Of a stretch of 64,000 nucleotides of DNA, positions 39,542 to 53,600 are shown one piece after another (position 1 is the stretch's first letter; each line of letters begins with the position of its first letter). Below the pieces are notes generated by a model that did not search any database, was not told the origin of the DNA, and worked only from the letters and a program-made list of their open reading frames with translations. This DNA comes from Cyanophora paradoxa CCMP329 (taxonomy: Eukaryota; Plantae; Glaucophyta). Position numbers and translations under genes: made by a program. The stretch lies in assembly GCA_004431415.1 (NCBI GenBank), contig QPMI01000477.1:62001-126000 (forward strand), read 5' to 3'.

Positions 39542-42398
39542 ATGATGCACTTTCAGCTGCCCCCCGCTCACGAGCCGGAGCAGCGCTCCGTTCGGCGGTT
39601 CATGCAGAGCGCGCTCGAGTCGAGGCCCGCACCGCGCTCGGCGAGCGTTGCCGCCGGGGACAGGGGCGAGGGCCGCGGGGGCTTCTGTGCGAACGCGCGC
39701 GCGCTCGCTCTCATCCTCGGGGGCCCGTCCCTCTTCGGCGCCCTCCAGCTCGGCCTCCCCTACCATTCGATCCCGCACCACGTCGCCCGAGCCTTCCTCC
39801 TCGCCCTCCTCGCTTCCCTGGGGGCCGGCGCGAACGGTGCATTTCACTCGAAACGGGCTCCAGCCCTCTAGATCTAGATCTGCCGAGGTCGCACTCGCGG
39901 CAGCTAAATATACCTTAGTAGAGGTTGAGCCCGTCCGGCAGGCGCCTTCTGGTTCTCGACGTTTACGCGGGCCCCGCTCCGGAGAATCTCCCTCGCGTAC
40001 GCGGCCCTCTTCGTCGCCGTCTCCTCCGCTCTCTTCGCGGCTCTCGACGCCGCCGTAGACTGTGCGTCCGCAGACTCATCCGACGTCTCTTGGGCGCCCT
40101 CGCGGTGACGCGGCCCCCGCATGCGCAGTGGCTCGAATCCCGTTCGCCACTCTGGGGCTGCTACTCATCTTCCTCGTCTCCAACCAAATCTGCTCCCGCC
40201 TGCTCGCTCGCTTGTATTTTCGGCGCGTCGGCTCCACCTTCTACGGCGGCGGCGCGGCCTCCAGCTCGAATCCGGACGCGGCGCTGCCGTCCAGCTTCAG
40301 ATCGGCGCCTGTATCCAGCCATCCCGCCCGCGCCTTCGTCGTCGCCGGGCGATTCCAGGTACCGATGTTTGCGCGCCCCGGCCGCTGCAGCTCACCGCTG
40401 ATGTCCGCTGCAGTCGCTGACCACTCTTTTGCTCGCGGTATGCGGTCCCTCTTCCCCCCCCTCCTCCTCCCCCCCCCCCCCTTCCCCTCCCCCCCTCCTC
40501 CCCGCCCGCCTTTCCTTCCCCCTTCCCCCCCCCCCCAACACCCCCCCCGTCCTCCGCCCCCCGCCGCCCTCCCCCACCCGAAATCTCCCTTGCGCTCCTT
40601 AAGTCACCTGATCCCCCGCCTGCAGATTCTCGCGGGGTACATATACCTTTTCTCGTACACACGATCGGCAATCGTGCAGGTCGGCAGCGCTTCGAATTCG
40701 CGAAGCTTTAAGACTGCCAGCGCTGAGCCGCGGCCGGCCGCTTCTCGCAGGTTTTCCTGAACATGGCCATGACGTCCCTTTGCTTCTTCCTGGTCCTGCT
40801 CCAGCTGAAGCTGTTCGGCGGCTGGCTCCTGGCAAGCATGCCCCACGGCGACGCCGCCGTGATCCACGTCCTCAACATGATGTGAGCCTTGCTTTGCTCC
40901 CCGAGCCCCTCGGCCCCCCTGCCCCGGCCCCGAGGTTTCCCCGCCGGTCCCGCCCCGCCCTTCTGAGGGGGCGCCCGGCAGGACGGTGGTGCGCGTGCTG
41001 CGCCAGCTCGTCTCCTTCCAAGTGAAGTCGGTCACCGTCTACCTCGTCTCCATCGCCACCGACGTGCTCGCCCTCCTCCTCGCCCTCCTCCTCCTCCGCC
41101 GAAGCTTTGCGCGGCACTTCGCCCGCCGCGCCATCGCCTGGCTCCGCGACCGATCGACATCGGCGGCCCCCGCCGAGCAGCTGCACGCGAGGCGAAGGGG
41201 GGCGGCGGGTGCGCCGGCCGACGTCCCCTCGTCTACGGACGCCGCGTCGATATCGATCCGGGGTCCGAGCCGCGACAGCGCCAGCGCCAACCCGACGCCA
41301 GCATCCGATCGCGCCGAACGCCCTTCGGTGTCCGAGCACCCCGCGGAGCGGGCCGGCGGCAGCAGCAAGGGCATCGCCGCCTCGTCATCTCTATCGACGC
41401 GAAGCGCCCACGCAGCCGCCCCGGCCGCGGGCGACGCGGTGTCGATCGCGAGCCGAAGCCCGACTTTCGACTGGGGATCGGGACCCGTGGCCGGGGCTGC
41501 GGATCCGGATGCGAGCCTCTGGGTGTACAACGTGCAGCACGGCATCCGGTGCAACCCCGGCCCGTCTCGGACCGGCTCGCTCGCTCGGGCCCTCGGTGTG
41601 CCGCTGAACCGCGCGCAGGACGATGCTGCTGTGGAACGCGGTCGTCGCGTGGGCCGCCTGCGCCATCTCCTCCACGGCCGTCGTCGTCGCCCGCTTCGGC
41701 CCCGGCGCCCCCTGCTTCCCCTACTCCCCGGCGACCTTCCCCGACGCCGACTTTGCGAACGCCCTCTTCTTTTCGGCGGTCACCGCGTGCGCCTCATTCC
41801 CTGTACATATACAGCTTCAGATCGATGCCGATGTCGATTCGCTCGAGATCTGACTCCACGGCGTCGGCCCGCAGCGGATTCAACGCTGCCATCATTGCCG
41901 CCCTGCACGCCGTCTCTGCCCTCTTCCCGAACCTTCGAGAGCAGCTCGGCCTCGCCCCCTCCTGGCGCTTCCTCCGGTTCGCGGCGTCCCTCCTGCACTC
42001 GCACCTCCCGGCCCTCGGTGCCGCCTCCTTTGATCCGGACTCGTGAATTTGCAGGGAGAACGCCTCGACGCTGGCCTTCATGTTCTGGCCGTCCACCGGT
42101 GCCGCTTTAATTGGGTTCAACCGCCAGGTCCGAACACTCCGCGCCCCCCCCCCCCCCCCCCTCCCCCAACAACAACAACACAACAACAACAACAACCACC
42201 CCTCGCGCCGCGTCCCTATCGCCGTCCCCCCCACCCCCACCCTCCGCTCCGGAGTCCCCCCACCCACACCCCCCACCCCCCGCCCCCTCGCGTCCCGTAT
42301 TTGCTTTTTGCTGATTCGACTCCGCGCACCCCTACCCCTCCCTGCAGTCCAACATATACTACTTCCTCTTCCCCCAGAATTACGTTCCCCTGTCTTGA
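39542..42398 (+). CDS. Multi-exon membrane protein, tandem copy 2 (most divergent); start uncertain
   Basis: Exon-by-exon paralog of copy 1. Ends SNIYYFLFPQNYVPLS*. Confidence 0.65.
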
Positions 42399-42496
42399 TG
42401 TGCTTTTGCCTTCCAGGCACCCCAGCTGCCTGCGCATGCAGGCTCTCAGCGCGTCCGCCCTTCTGGCGGCCTCCGAGAGCTAGCGATATTATTATC

Positions 42497-42537
42497 TTTT
42501 TTTGAGAGACTGCGATATGGGGCGAACCCCCTGTAGG
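42497..42537 (-). mobile_element. Short hairpin+poly(A) retroposon, copy C (diverged)
   Basis: T7-GAGAGACTGCGATATGGGGCGAACCCCCTGTAGG flanked by the 16-bp direct repeat TAGCGATATTATTATC (42481-42496, 42538-42553). Confidence 0.75.
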
Positions 42538-44018
42538 TAGCGATATTATTATCAAAGCTAGCGAGAATTATGAAACGTATTTTAATTATAATTATAAGTA
42601 ATCGGTTGTCACAGTGTCGCGGCCGCTCGCGCTGGCATGCAGCCCCACCCCACCGGGGGCGCGTAGCCGGCTTGCAGCCCGCGGTGCCTCTTCGAATTCT
42701 GCGTTCGGATCCCCTATCGATATCCGGAGACGCCCCCTCCCCCCGAAATTAGACGCTTAGCTATAGATTTCACCTTTCGTCTCGATCTCTGCGCGTTTAA
42801 TTTCGTAACATCTTTGAGCTCTTGGCGCCTAGCGCCACTGCACCATCAGGTTCCTCGGGGCCTGTCCGTCCCAGTTGGGCGGGCCCGGGGCGGCCGCATT
42901 GATCATGAGCGATATACACCGTCGGGGCGGAGCCCTCACCCCTCCTCATGGCCCGGATTCATAGGTCTTCATGGCATTTGATCATGATTGATATTGCAAT
43001 TGACCGATTCATGTGATCGATTCATGACCCCCTATTCCTGTATCATGCCATCATTCAATGATCATTGCCATGATGCCACTACGCATACCAGCCTATTACC
43101 AGGTACCCCCCGGCCAGAGAGTCCGACGTCGACGGTCATTAATTTCAGCTTGCAACTTAAGTTGAAAGCGTAAGGCGCCGCTTAGGCGCGCACGGGGCGG
43201 CGCTGCGCCGGCGCACCGCGGCACCCGGGCCGTGGCACCGCCGCGGAGTCGGCGCGGAGCGGCACCCGGATCCGGGAGTCGGCGCGGAGCGGCACGCCGC
43301 GCGCGCCGCCGCCTCAGCCTGGCAGAAATCGATATCAGCAGTCTCCTGATCATGAGCTGCACCGCTTAACGCAGGCAGCGCAGGCTGCTGCGCGCTCGGT
43401 ACGTCCGACGCACTAGGGCATCGGATCATGGTCATGATCATCGGATGCGATGGTTCAGAGGCACGAGCCTGATCATGGCCATGAGCCAGATCTGGCCACG
43501 GACCACGCCGCCAGCGTCTTTGAGCTGCATGCGCAGCTGCAGCGGCGACCTCAGCGCGCTGCCCCTGCGCATGCAGCTGCCATGTTGCTTCAACCGCTGC
43601 CATGGCCAGACAGCAGCAGACATGTGCACGTGCGCGCCGTCCCAACGCTATTGCAAGATCTAGATGCAGATGTGCGCACGGTACCGGTTGAATCCCGCAT
43701 CCGCGCATGCTCTCGCGGATCGCGAATGTCTGGCGACTATCCTGTTAAGCGTTGCGCTTGCAATCGCAGGCGCCGGCGTCCCGCTCAAAGCTGCCGTCGG
43801 ATGTGGCCATATGCATGGCGCCATCGGTGTCAGCTGCAGAGCCCCGTGGCCATCACGTGCACGGGCGCCGGAGCGGCAGCGAGGCGCGCGAGATCCATCG
43901 CGAGGCATGGCGCTCGCAATTGCACGTGGAGCGTCGGCTGGATCGCGAAGGGCATCGCAGCCCGTCGCGGTCGGCGCCAGCGCGTACGCTGGCCACGGAC
44001 GGCGCGGAGCTGCAGGCG

Positions 44019-46716
44019 ATGATGCACTTTCAGCTGCCCCCCGCCCACGAGCCGGAGCAGCGCTCCGTCTGGCGGTTCATGCGGAGCGCGCTCGAGTCGA
44101 GGCCCGCACCGCGCTCGGCGGGCTCGAGCGCTGCAGCCGCCGCCGGGGACAGGAGCCGCGGGGGCTTCTGGGCGAACGCGCGCGCGCTCGGCCTCATCCT
44201 CGGGGGCCCGTCCCTCTTCGGCGCCCTCCAGTTCGGCCTCCCCTACCATTCGATCCCGCACCACGTCGCCCGAGCCTTCCTGCTCGGCCTGCTGACTTCC
44301 CTGGGGGCCGGCGCGAACGGTGACTTGCACGCGCGCTGACTACAGATCGGCTTTGACTTGAAATTCCGCCCGGCAGGCGCCTTCTGGTTCTCGACGTTTA
44401 CGCGGGCCCCGCTCCGGAGAATCTCCCTCGCTTACGCGGCCCTCTTCGTCGCTCTCTCCTCCGCTCTCTTCGCGGCCCTCGACGCCGCCGTAGACTGTGC
44501 GTCCGCAGATTCATCCGACGTCTCTTGGGCGCCCTCGCGGTGACGCGGCCCCCGCATGCGCAGTGGCTCGAATCCCGTTCGCCACTCTGGGGCTGCTACT
44601 TATCTTCCTCGTCTCCAACCAAATCTGCTCCCGCCTGCTCGCTCGCTTGTATTTTCGGCGGGTTGGTTCCATCTTCTACGGCGGCGGCGCGGCCTCCAGC
44701 TCGAATCCGGACGTGGCTCTGCCGTCCAGCTTTAGATCGGCGCCTGGTTCCAGCCACCCCTCCCGCGCCTTCGTCGTCGTGGGGCGATTCCAGGTACCGA
44801 TGTTCGCGCGCCCCGGCCGCTGCAGCTCGCCTCTGATGTTCGTTGCAGTCGTTGAGCAGTCTTTTGCTCGCGGTATGCGAGACACTCCCCCCCCCGCCCC
44901 CCCCCCCCCCCCTCTTCTCCCGCCCCCGCTCCCCTTCCCCCCCCCCCCCCGCCCCCTCCCCGCCTCCCACCCCCCCACCCCCCTCCTCCTCCTCGCCCGC
45001 CTCCCCTTCCCGCCCCCCCCCCCCCCCCCCCCTCCCCCAGAACCCCGCCTTGCGCTCCTTCGGCCACCTGATGCCCCGCCTGCAGATTCTAGGGGGGTAC
45101 CTGTTCCTTTTCTCGTACATACGGTCGACAGTCGTACAGGTGGGCAAAGCTTTGGATTCGCGAAGGCTGATAGCGCGCGCTGAGCCGCGGCCGGCCGATT
45201 TCCGCAGGTTTTCCTGAACATCGCCGTGACTTCCGTCTGCTTCTTCATCGTCCTGCTCCAGCTCAAGCTGTTCGGCGGCTCGCTCCTGGCAAGCATGCCC
45301 CACGGCGACGCCGCCGTGATCCACGTCCTCAACATGATGTGAGCCTTGCTTGAGCCCCTCAGACTCGCACCTCCGTCAGATCTAGATTCTCTCGTGGCGG
45401 GCCCCCTGCAGCTAGCTATGACGCTGACGGAAAGGCGGGCAGGATCAACGTGCGCGTGCTGCGCCAGCTCGCCTTCTTCCAAGTGAAGTCGGTCACCGTC
45501 TACCTCGTCTCCATCGCCACCGACCTCCTCTCCCTCCTCCTCCCCCTCCTCCTCCTCCTCCGCCGCTTCGCCCGGCCCTTCGCCCGCCGCGCCGTCCCCT
45601 GGCTCCGTGCCCGGTCGGCGGCCCCCGCCGACGCGAGGCAAGGAGAGGGGGCGAGCACGCCGGCCCCCACGTCTACGGACGCTGCGACGATTCGGAGTCC
45701 GAGCCGCGCCAATCCGACGCCGGAATCAGATCGCGCCGAACGTCCTTCGTTATCGGAGCACCCCGCGGAGCGGGCCAGCGGCGGCAAGGGCATCGCCGCC
45801 TCGTCATCTGTGCAGCTGTCGACGCGTAGCGCCCACGTAGCCGCACTGGGCGCCGCGGTGTCGATCGCGAGCCCGAGCCCCGTTCTCGACTCCGGATACG
45901 GACCCGGGGCCGGGGCCGGAGCCGGGGATCCGGATGCGAGCCTCTGGGTGTACAATGTCCAGCACGGCATCCGGTTCTCCCCTTATTGCTCGCTCGCTCG
46001 GGCCCTCGGTGTGCCGCTGAAGCGCGCGCAGGACGATGCTGCTGTGGAACGCGGTCGTCGCGTGGGCCGCCTGCGCCATCTTCGCCACGGCCGTCGCCGT
46101 CGCCCGCTTCGGCCCGGGCGCCGCCTCCTTCCCCTACTCCCCGGCCACCTTCTCCCGCGCCGACTTCGAGAACGCCCTCATCTTCTCCGCGGTCACCGCG
46201 TGCGCCGCGTTCCCCCCTATAGCTTATCGATGTCGATGCCGATGTCGATGTCGGTCCGCTCGAGATCTGACTCACGGCGTCGGTCGACCTGCAGCGGGTT
46301 CAACGCCGCCGTCGTTGCCGCCATGCACGCCGCGGCTGCCTTCTTCCCGAACCTGCGGGACCACCTCGGCCTCGCCCCCTCCTGGCGCTTCCTCCGGTGC
46401 GCGGCAGCCCTCCTGTCACCGCGTCTCCTTGCTCTCGATGTCGTGTCCTTTGATCCGGACTCTTGGGTTCGCAGCGAGCACGCCTTCACGCTGGCCTTCA
46501 TGTTCTGGCCATCCACCGGCTCCGCTTTAATTGCGTTCAACCGCCAGGTCCGAACAACCCCCGCCCCCCCCCTTCCCCCCCCCTGTTCTCACCCCCCCCC
46601 TCCCTCCCCCCTCCACCCCCCCGTCCCCTATTTGCTTTGCTGATTCGACTCCGCGCACCCTGCAGACCAACATTTACTACTTCGTCTTCCCCGAAAATTA
46701 CGTTCCCCTGTCTTAA
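44019..46716 (+). CDS. Multi-exon membrane protein, tandem copy 3; start uncertain
   Basis: Near-identical to copy 1 over most exons and introns. Ends TNIYYFVFPENYVPLS*. Confidence 0.65.
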
Positions 46717-47385
46717 GCTTGATGGGCTTGTACCCTCCGGGCGCCCCAGCTGCAGGCTCTCGGCGCGTCCGCCCTTCTCATGGCCTGCTCCAAGTCCGCC
46801 CGCGGACCCGACGCCTTCGAGCCGGGCCCCAGAACGCCACAAGGTGTGCGCATGGTTTTTATGCTCAAGACCTAAATCTCCGCCGGAATGACGTTTTTGT
46901 CAGATCACAACTATCCCAACTCTCAGAGTCTGATGTTCAACGCTTATCATATTATATTATAATCAGAGCTAGCGATAGTCAAGAAACATACTATAGCTAT
47001 AATTATAAGTAATCGGATGCCACGGCCACTCGCGCTGGCGTGCACCCCCACCTGCAGCTACGCACAACGGGGGGCCTAGGCCTGGCGCGGGCGTGCAGCC
47101 CGCGGCGCTTCAATTATTCTGCGCTCGAGGACACCCCCTTCCCCCCCCCCCCCTCTCTCCCCCTCTCCCCCGCAAATCATTCTATTCCCCATATGCATCC
47201 TCTGCGAATTTCAAAAGAGCTAGTCCGGAATTCATTCAAGAAAAAAAGCAAACAAAAATCGATACAAGCGCAAAAAGCTCGTCGGCGCGAGCAATATAAA
47301 AATACGTCCATACATAAAGAATTCGAAAGTGCGATAATACTACGAGGCGGCCCGCTGGCTCCGGACGGCCGCGCGGGTGCTATAA

Positions 47386-50300
47386 TTAGGCCTCCTCGAC
47401 GGGGAGGGAGGCGGGGTCGGGGCGGCCGCTGTCCGGGGCCGCCTCGCCCCCCGCCGCCGCCGGCTCCTTCCCGCCGGCGACGGCCACCATTCGGACGGCG
47501 GGGACGGCCCCCGGCGGCGAGCGCGCGCGCGGCGGCCCCGGCGCCGCCGCGAGCTCGAGCTTAGGCGCCCCCTCGAGCTCCGTCGGCGCCGGCTCCGCGA
47601 CGGCGGCGGCCTGCGCCGCGAGGCGCGGGTCGAGGCGGTGCGCGAGCGCCGCGAGGCGGTTCGCCGCCGTGTGGTCGGAGAGGGCGCGGTAGCCCCGCGC
47701 CGCCGCCTCGATCCCCCGCGCTCCCCCTTCAGGCACGCCAGCGCCTCCGCCGCCGCCGCCGCCTCCGCCGGGCGCTCCGCCCGCGCTCGCCGGCCGAGGC
47801 GAGGAGGGCGCGCAGGGCGCGGGCGGCGCGGCGCGGGTGGCCCTCGAGGGCGGCGGCGCGGGCGGCGAGCATGCGGTGCTGGGCGCGGGCGAGCGCGTCG
47901 CTCCGCGCGTGCCGCCCGAGCAGCGCCAGCGCGTCGCCGCACATCCGCCGCGCCTCGGCCGGCGTCAGCTCCGCCGCCCCGCCGCCGGCGGCGCCGCGGG
48001 CCGAGGCGGGGCCGGCCTCGCGGTGCTGGGCGGCGGCGGCGGCCTCGGCGGGGAGCTGCAGGACGAGCGCCTCCGTCTTGCCGGCCGCCACGACGCGCGC
48101 CCGCTTCCCCTTCCCGCCCCGCCGCGCCGCCGCCTCCCGCTCCCGCGCCAGCGCCGCCGCCGCCGCCGCCCGCGCCGCCTCCACCGCCAGCTGCGCCGCC
48201 GCCGCGCCGGCCGGCCCGAGCGCCGGCCACGCCGCCGGCAGCTGCGCCGGCGCCAGGGGCGTGGGGTCGCCCTCTCGTGGGGGGCATGAGGGGCAGGAGG
48301 TAGCGGGGGGCGGGGCGGGGTCCCGAGGGGAGGAGGCGCCCCGCCTCCGCGCACTCCTCGATGCAGGCGTAGTCGAGCAGCGCGTCGCAGAGGCCCGCAA
48401 GCACCGGCGCGCTGCACAGCTCCACCGGCGCCGCGCCCTCCACCTCCGCCCCCGCCCGCGCTCCACGCCGCCGCCGCCCGCCGCGCCGGCGAGCGGGCGG
48501 CGCGCCTCCGGCTGCCCGCCCTCCGTGCCGAGGGCGTGCGCGCCGCTGCCGGTCTGGAGCGGGGCGACGGCGCGCGCGTTGGGCCGCACCGACATCGAGA
48601 CGCTGGCGTGGATGCGGGCCGAGCCCGGCTGGTGGGCGAGCCCGAGACGGCCGCCGCCGCCGCGTCCGGCGAGAGCGGCTGCTGCTGCCCCGGGCGCCAG
48701 TGGCCCGCCCCCGCCCCGCCCCCGCCGCGACGCGCGGCCGCTGCGCGCCGAGCACGGCGGCGTGCGCGGCGCGGAGGGCCGACGCCGCCGCCGCGCGCGT
48801 CGCCTCGCGCTCGCTGCGGTTCGACCGACGGTCACGTTGCCGCCGCCGAAGCGCGCCGTCACGCCGCCCGAGCCGGCCGCCGACCAGACGGCGGCGGCGG
48901 CTGCGTGCGCAGCCGACGCGGCGATGGCGGCGGCGGCGGCGAGGGCGAGGCGGCCGACGGCGGCGTACTCGGGGCGGTGCGGGGCACCGCCGGGCTTGAG
49001 GGCCTCCTCGGCGTCCTTGCCGCGGCCGCTGCCGGCGAGCATCGCCGCCCACAGCGCCCGCGCCAGCGCCCCGCTGTTCGCGTCGCTCCGCGCCTCCGCC
49101 GACTCCACGCTCTCCCGCGCAAGCTGCGCGCGCGCGGGCGGCCCCGCCAGTCAGCGGCCGGCGGGGCGCGGGGCCGGGCGGGGCGGGCGGGCACCGAGAT
49201 GGCGGCGTCGAGGTCGGCGGGGTTGGCGCGGAAGGCCCAGCGCAGGGCGGCGAGGTGCAGGCCGGCCGCCTCCGCCAGCCGCTGGTCCCCGGAGCTCCGG
49301 CTCCGCTCCAGCGCGCTGCGGGGGCGTGAGGCGAGGGCGACCGACCGACCGAGCAGGCGGGCGGGGCGGGGGCGGACTGTGTGAGGGCGAGGTAGGCGTC
49401 GTCGCGGCGGGCGTCGGCGAGGAGCATGGCGCCGTGCGCGAAGTGCACCGCCCCCGCCGCCGCCAGCGCCGAGGGCGGCGCCCCGGGCCCCGCCAGCCCC
49501 GCCTCCGAGGCCGCCGCCAGCGCCGCCTCGCGGTACCGCCGGGCCCGCGCGCCGTGCCCGCCGCCCCGCAGCAGGCCGGCCAGCGCCGCGTACAGGCGCG
49601 CCCCGCTCTCCGCCGCCCGCGCCCGCTGCGCCCGCGCGTGGAAGGCCGCCGCCGCGCGCACCAGGTCGGCGGGGGCGGCGGCGGCGTCTCCCGCCCGCCC
49701 TCCCGCCCCGGCCCGATGACCACGTTCAGCGCCCCGCGCGAGCCCGGCGCCCCCGCCGCAGCGGCGGCGCCGCGAGCGCCTCCGCGCCCGAGCGGGAGGC
49801 GCCGGGCTCGGGCGGGCGGCGGGCGGCGGCGTGGAGGGCGGCGGCGGCGGCGGCGAGGGCGTCCTCCGCGGCGTTGGCCCCCGCGACGACGGCGTGGCGG
49901 AGCTGGAGGGCGCTGCCCGAGGCGGCGAGCCCCGCGCAGCGCCGCTCGTGCACGGCGGCGGCCTCGCCGAGCACCGCCGCCCGCTCCCACGCCGCCGCCT
50001 CGGGGCCGCCCAGCGAGACGAGCCAGAAGGGGTCGTCGCGGGCGGCCGCCGGCGGCTCGGGCAGCTCGGGCGGGGCGGGGCGGCCCGCCTCGAGCAGCGC
50101 CCCCGCGCGGCGGCGGTGCAGCGGCGCGAAGGCGTGCCGCAGGCGCTGGCGGAGGCCGCCGAGGGCCGCCGCGAGGCGCAGGCGGAGGGGCGAGGGCGGC
50201 ACGGGCCGCCCCAGCAGCTCCAGCGCCCGGCACAGGCTCGCCTCGGCCGCCTCGAAGAGCCCGAGGTCGGCCTGCGCCGTCGCCAGGAAGCGGAGCCAGC

Positions 50301-50617
50301 GGGCGGAGCGCAGGCGCCAGGCGGGGCCCAGGCCGCGCCCCGGCACCGCCGACGAGAGGAGCGCCTCGGGGACCAGGGCCGGCATGCTGGCGCGCCGCTC
50401 GCCCCCGCCCACGCCGCCGGCCGCCTCCGCCGCCGCCTTGGCCAGCGCGTTCAGCGGCACGAGCTGCCGCCGGGAGCCCGAGAAGGGGAGCCGAGGGGGC
50501 TCGCCCGCACCGCCGTCTGCAGGCCGCTCGGCAGCCGCCGCCGCGACTGGTTCCGCGACTGCGGCTTCGAGACCACGGGCTGCGGCGGGCCCGGCTCGAA
50601 GGCGGCAGGAGGGAGAG

Positions 50618-50653
<36 letters not shown>

Positions 50654-53600
50654 CGCGGACCTCGGTGGAGGAGGTGCGGGGTACGCCCGGCCCCCGGTCC
50701 GTCTCGCCCCCTTCGTCCCCGTCCGGGTCGCCGATACCCCGCGACAGCGCGTCCGCCAGCTCCATGATCTGAGGGGGGTACTCAGCTCCCCGGTTCGCAG
50801 GGGAAGAAGGGAGGGGGGTACCGTGGTGTAGATGCGGAGGACCTCGGCGCTCGAGTGCGTCGCGATCGCGTGCTCGCCCTCCTTCTCGAGGTACCCGATC
50901 GCCTGCGGGGTACGCGAGTGAGCGGCGGGCCGCTCTGGTCCAAAAGGAGGCGAGGGAACGCACCCGGGGGTACTCCTCGGCGAGGTGGTAGTGGTAGGAG
51001 AGGAGGGGGTAGAGGTGCGGGTGGCGGGAGCCGCCGGGGAGGGCGCGGGCGCCGGCGGCGCGGGCCCAGGCGTCCCACGCGGGGGAGGCGCCCTGGGCGG
51101 CCTGGGCGGCCGCGAGGACGGCGCCCTCGATGTAGCGCGCCGCCGCCGCGTGCAGCACGCGCCGCATCGACGGCGAGAGCAGCTGCGCGGAAGAAGAAGG
51201 GACTCTGAGCGCCGGCCGGGAAGGCGCGAGTTCCTCGAACTCGCGGAACGGCGTACCCCGTAGGCGACCTCGACGAGGAGGGCGGAGCTGAACTCGAAGG
51301 CGGCGCCGGCGCCCACCATCCTGCCCCCCGCCACCGCCGCGTTCAGACCGCCGCGCAGGAGCCGGGGCGCGGGGGCGAAGGGCGGGCGGGGGGCACCCGG
51401 GGCCGTCGTCGAGGCCCTCGGAGGAGATGTCCTGGAGGCAGCCGGCCTGCACCAGGCCCTCCAGGATCTCGTCCACCTGCGCCTCGTCAGGCTCTGCAGT
51501 CTCGCTCGGGACGAGGGAGGGCGGGCCTGGGCCTCGTCGTAGCCGCCCTGGTCGTCGGCGGGGGCGTCCGAGAAGCCGCCCCCGGCCGCCGAGCGCTGCA
51601 GCGACGCCAGCGCCGAGGCCCGGAACCGCTGCCCCAGCACCGACGCCACCTGCGGGGGCCGGTCAAGACGGGCAGGTCCCCATTCGAGGCGCGCGGGGGC
51701 GGGGCGGGCCTTGAGGGCGTAGGCGAGGACCGGGGGCAGGCGGTCGACCTTGGAGGTGAGGGCGCCCTTGAGGTTGTCCGGCACCGTGATGTTCGTGAGC
51801 GGCTGCAGGATCGTGCACCGCCCGTTCGCCACCTGCAGGCGCCCCTCAGCCGAGGCGGGGCGGGTCGGGGCGGGGCGGGGGCGGGGCGGGGCGGGGGCGG
51901 GCCTCGAGGACGCCGGGCATGCGGGCGATGGACTGGGCGAGCTCGACGGTGAAGTGCGGCTGCCCCGCGCTCTTCGCGTAGATAAAGTCCGCCAGCGCCT
52001 GCGCCCGCATCCGCTGGATCAGCCGGGCCGGGATGCGGCGGGGTGGGCCGGGACGGGGGCGGGGGCGGGCCTTGGGGAGGAAGCGGCGGCGGACGCCGAG
52101 GGCGCGGGCGACGAGCGGGGCGGCGTCCTCGGGGCCCAGCGGCCCCAGCCGCACGAGCCGCGTCGACGCGCTCTGCGCGATGGCCGCGTAGAGGCCGGCC
52201 GAGGAGTCGCCCTCGGGGAGGGGCCGGCTGGTGGCCACGAGGAGGAGGCCCGAGGGCGGGGCGCCCTCCACGAGGGCCGCGAGGAGGGCCAGCGAGCGCG
52301 AGTCGAAGGCGTGCAGCTCCTCGAGCACGAGCAGCGCCGTCTTGCGCGCCGCGAGCCGCCGCACCAGCGAGACCACCAGCGCCTCCACCGCCTTCGAGCG
52401 CGCGTCCCCGCGCGGCCCCGCCCGGCCCGGGGGCCGGCGCGGGGCCGCCGGCGGGCCGGGGCCGGGCCCGGGCCGGGCCGGGGCCGGGCGGGGAGGCGCC
52501 GGGGCCGGAGAGGGAGGCGAGGCGCCGGAAGGAGGAGTTGGCGGGGAGGTGGAAGGAGCCCGAGGAGAGGCGCCCGGCGGCCGCCAGCGGCACCTGCGCC
52601 CGCAGCGCCGCGCCCGAGGCCGAGTCCGAGGCCGAGGCCTCCTCGGCGCGGGCGGCGGCGCCCAGGGCCGCCGCGATGGCCGCCAGCGTCGAGTTGAAGC
52701 CCGGGGCCGACTTGCTCGGGCCCCCGCTGCCCGTCACCGTCGCCATGCCCCGGGGCCCCGACGAGGCGGCGGGGCGGCCCTGCGAGGCGGCGGCCCCGGC
52801 GACCGAGGCGTGCTTCATCGAGGCCGCCGCGCTGTGCGGCGCCGAGTCCCCGGCGCCGGCGCCGGCGCCGGCGCCGGCGGCGGTGCTGTGCTCCCCGCCG
52901 GAGAGGTGCGAGAGGCCGATCTCGGACGTCGAGAGGAGCTGCGGGGCCGTCAGCGGGGCGGGGCGAGGCGAGGCGGGGCGGGCGCGGGGCGGCAGCACCT
53001 CGACGAGGAGGTGCATGGCGCGGCGCTCCTCGGGGGCGAGGGCGGCGAGGATGGCCGCGTGCACCGCGGCCGCCGGCGGGCCGGCCAGCGCCGCAGCCGC
53101 CGGGGAGGAGGAGTTGGCGTTGGGGCCGCCGCCGCCGCCGAAGGCGGGCGGGGTCCCGAAGGAGGGCGCCGCGCTCGAGTGGCGCACGCTCATGCGCGCC
53201 CCGAAGTTGGTGCTCGTCACGCTCACCCGCGTGGACCTGCGCGCGGTGAGCGCCGGCCGGCGGGGGCGCCGAGGCAGCCGCGCGGGCGGGGCGGGGCGCA
53301 CGCGTGGCGGAGGAAGCGGGGCGAGGCGGTCTCGTGGTTGGGCGTGCCGGGCTGCCATTCGACGCGGGGCGAGACGGAGCGGGCGTGCCCGTGGGGCCCC
53401 GCTGGCCCCAGCGCTGCTCGCGGCGGCGGCGGCGGCGGCGGCGTTGCTGGCGGCGGCGGCGCGGAGGAGGAGGGAGCCCTGGCCGGGCGGGGGCGGGAGA
53501 GGGACTGCATGAGGCCCGTGGACTGGGCCGAGCGGACGGAGCGGGAGTGGAGGCTGACGAGGCCCTCCAGGTCGTTGGCCGAGTTGGTGCGCGACGGCCC

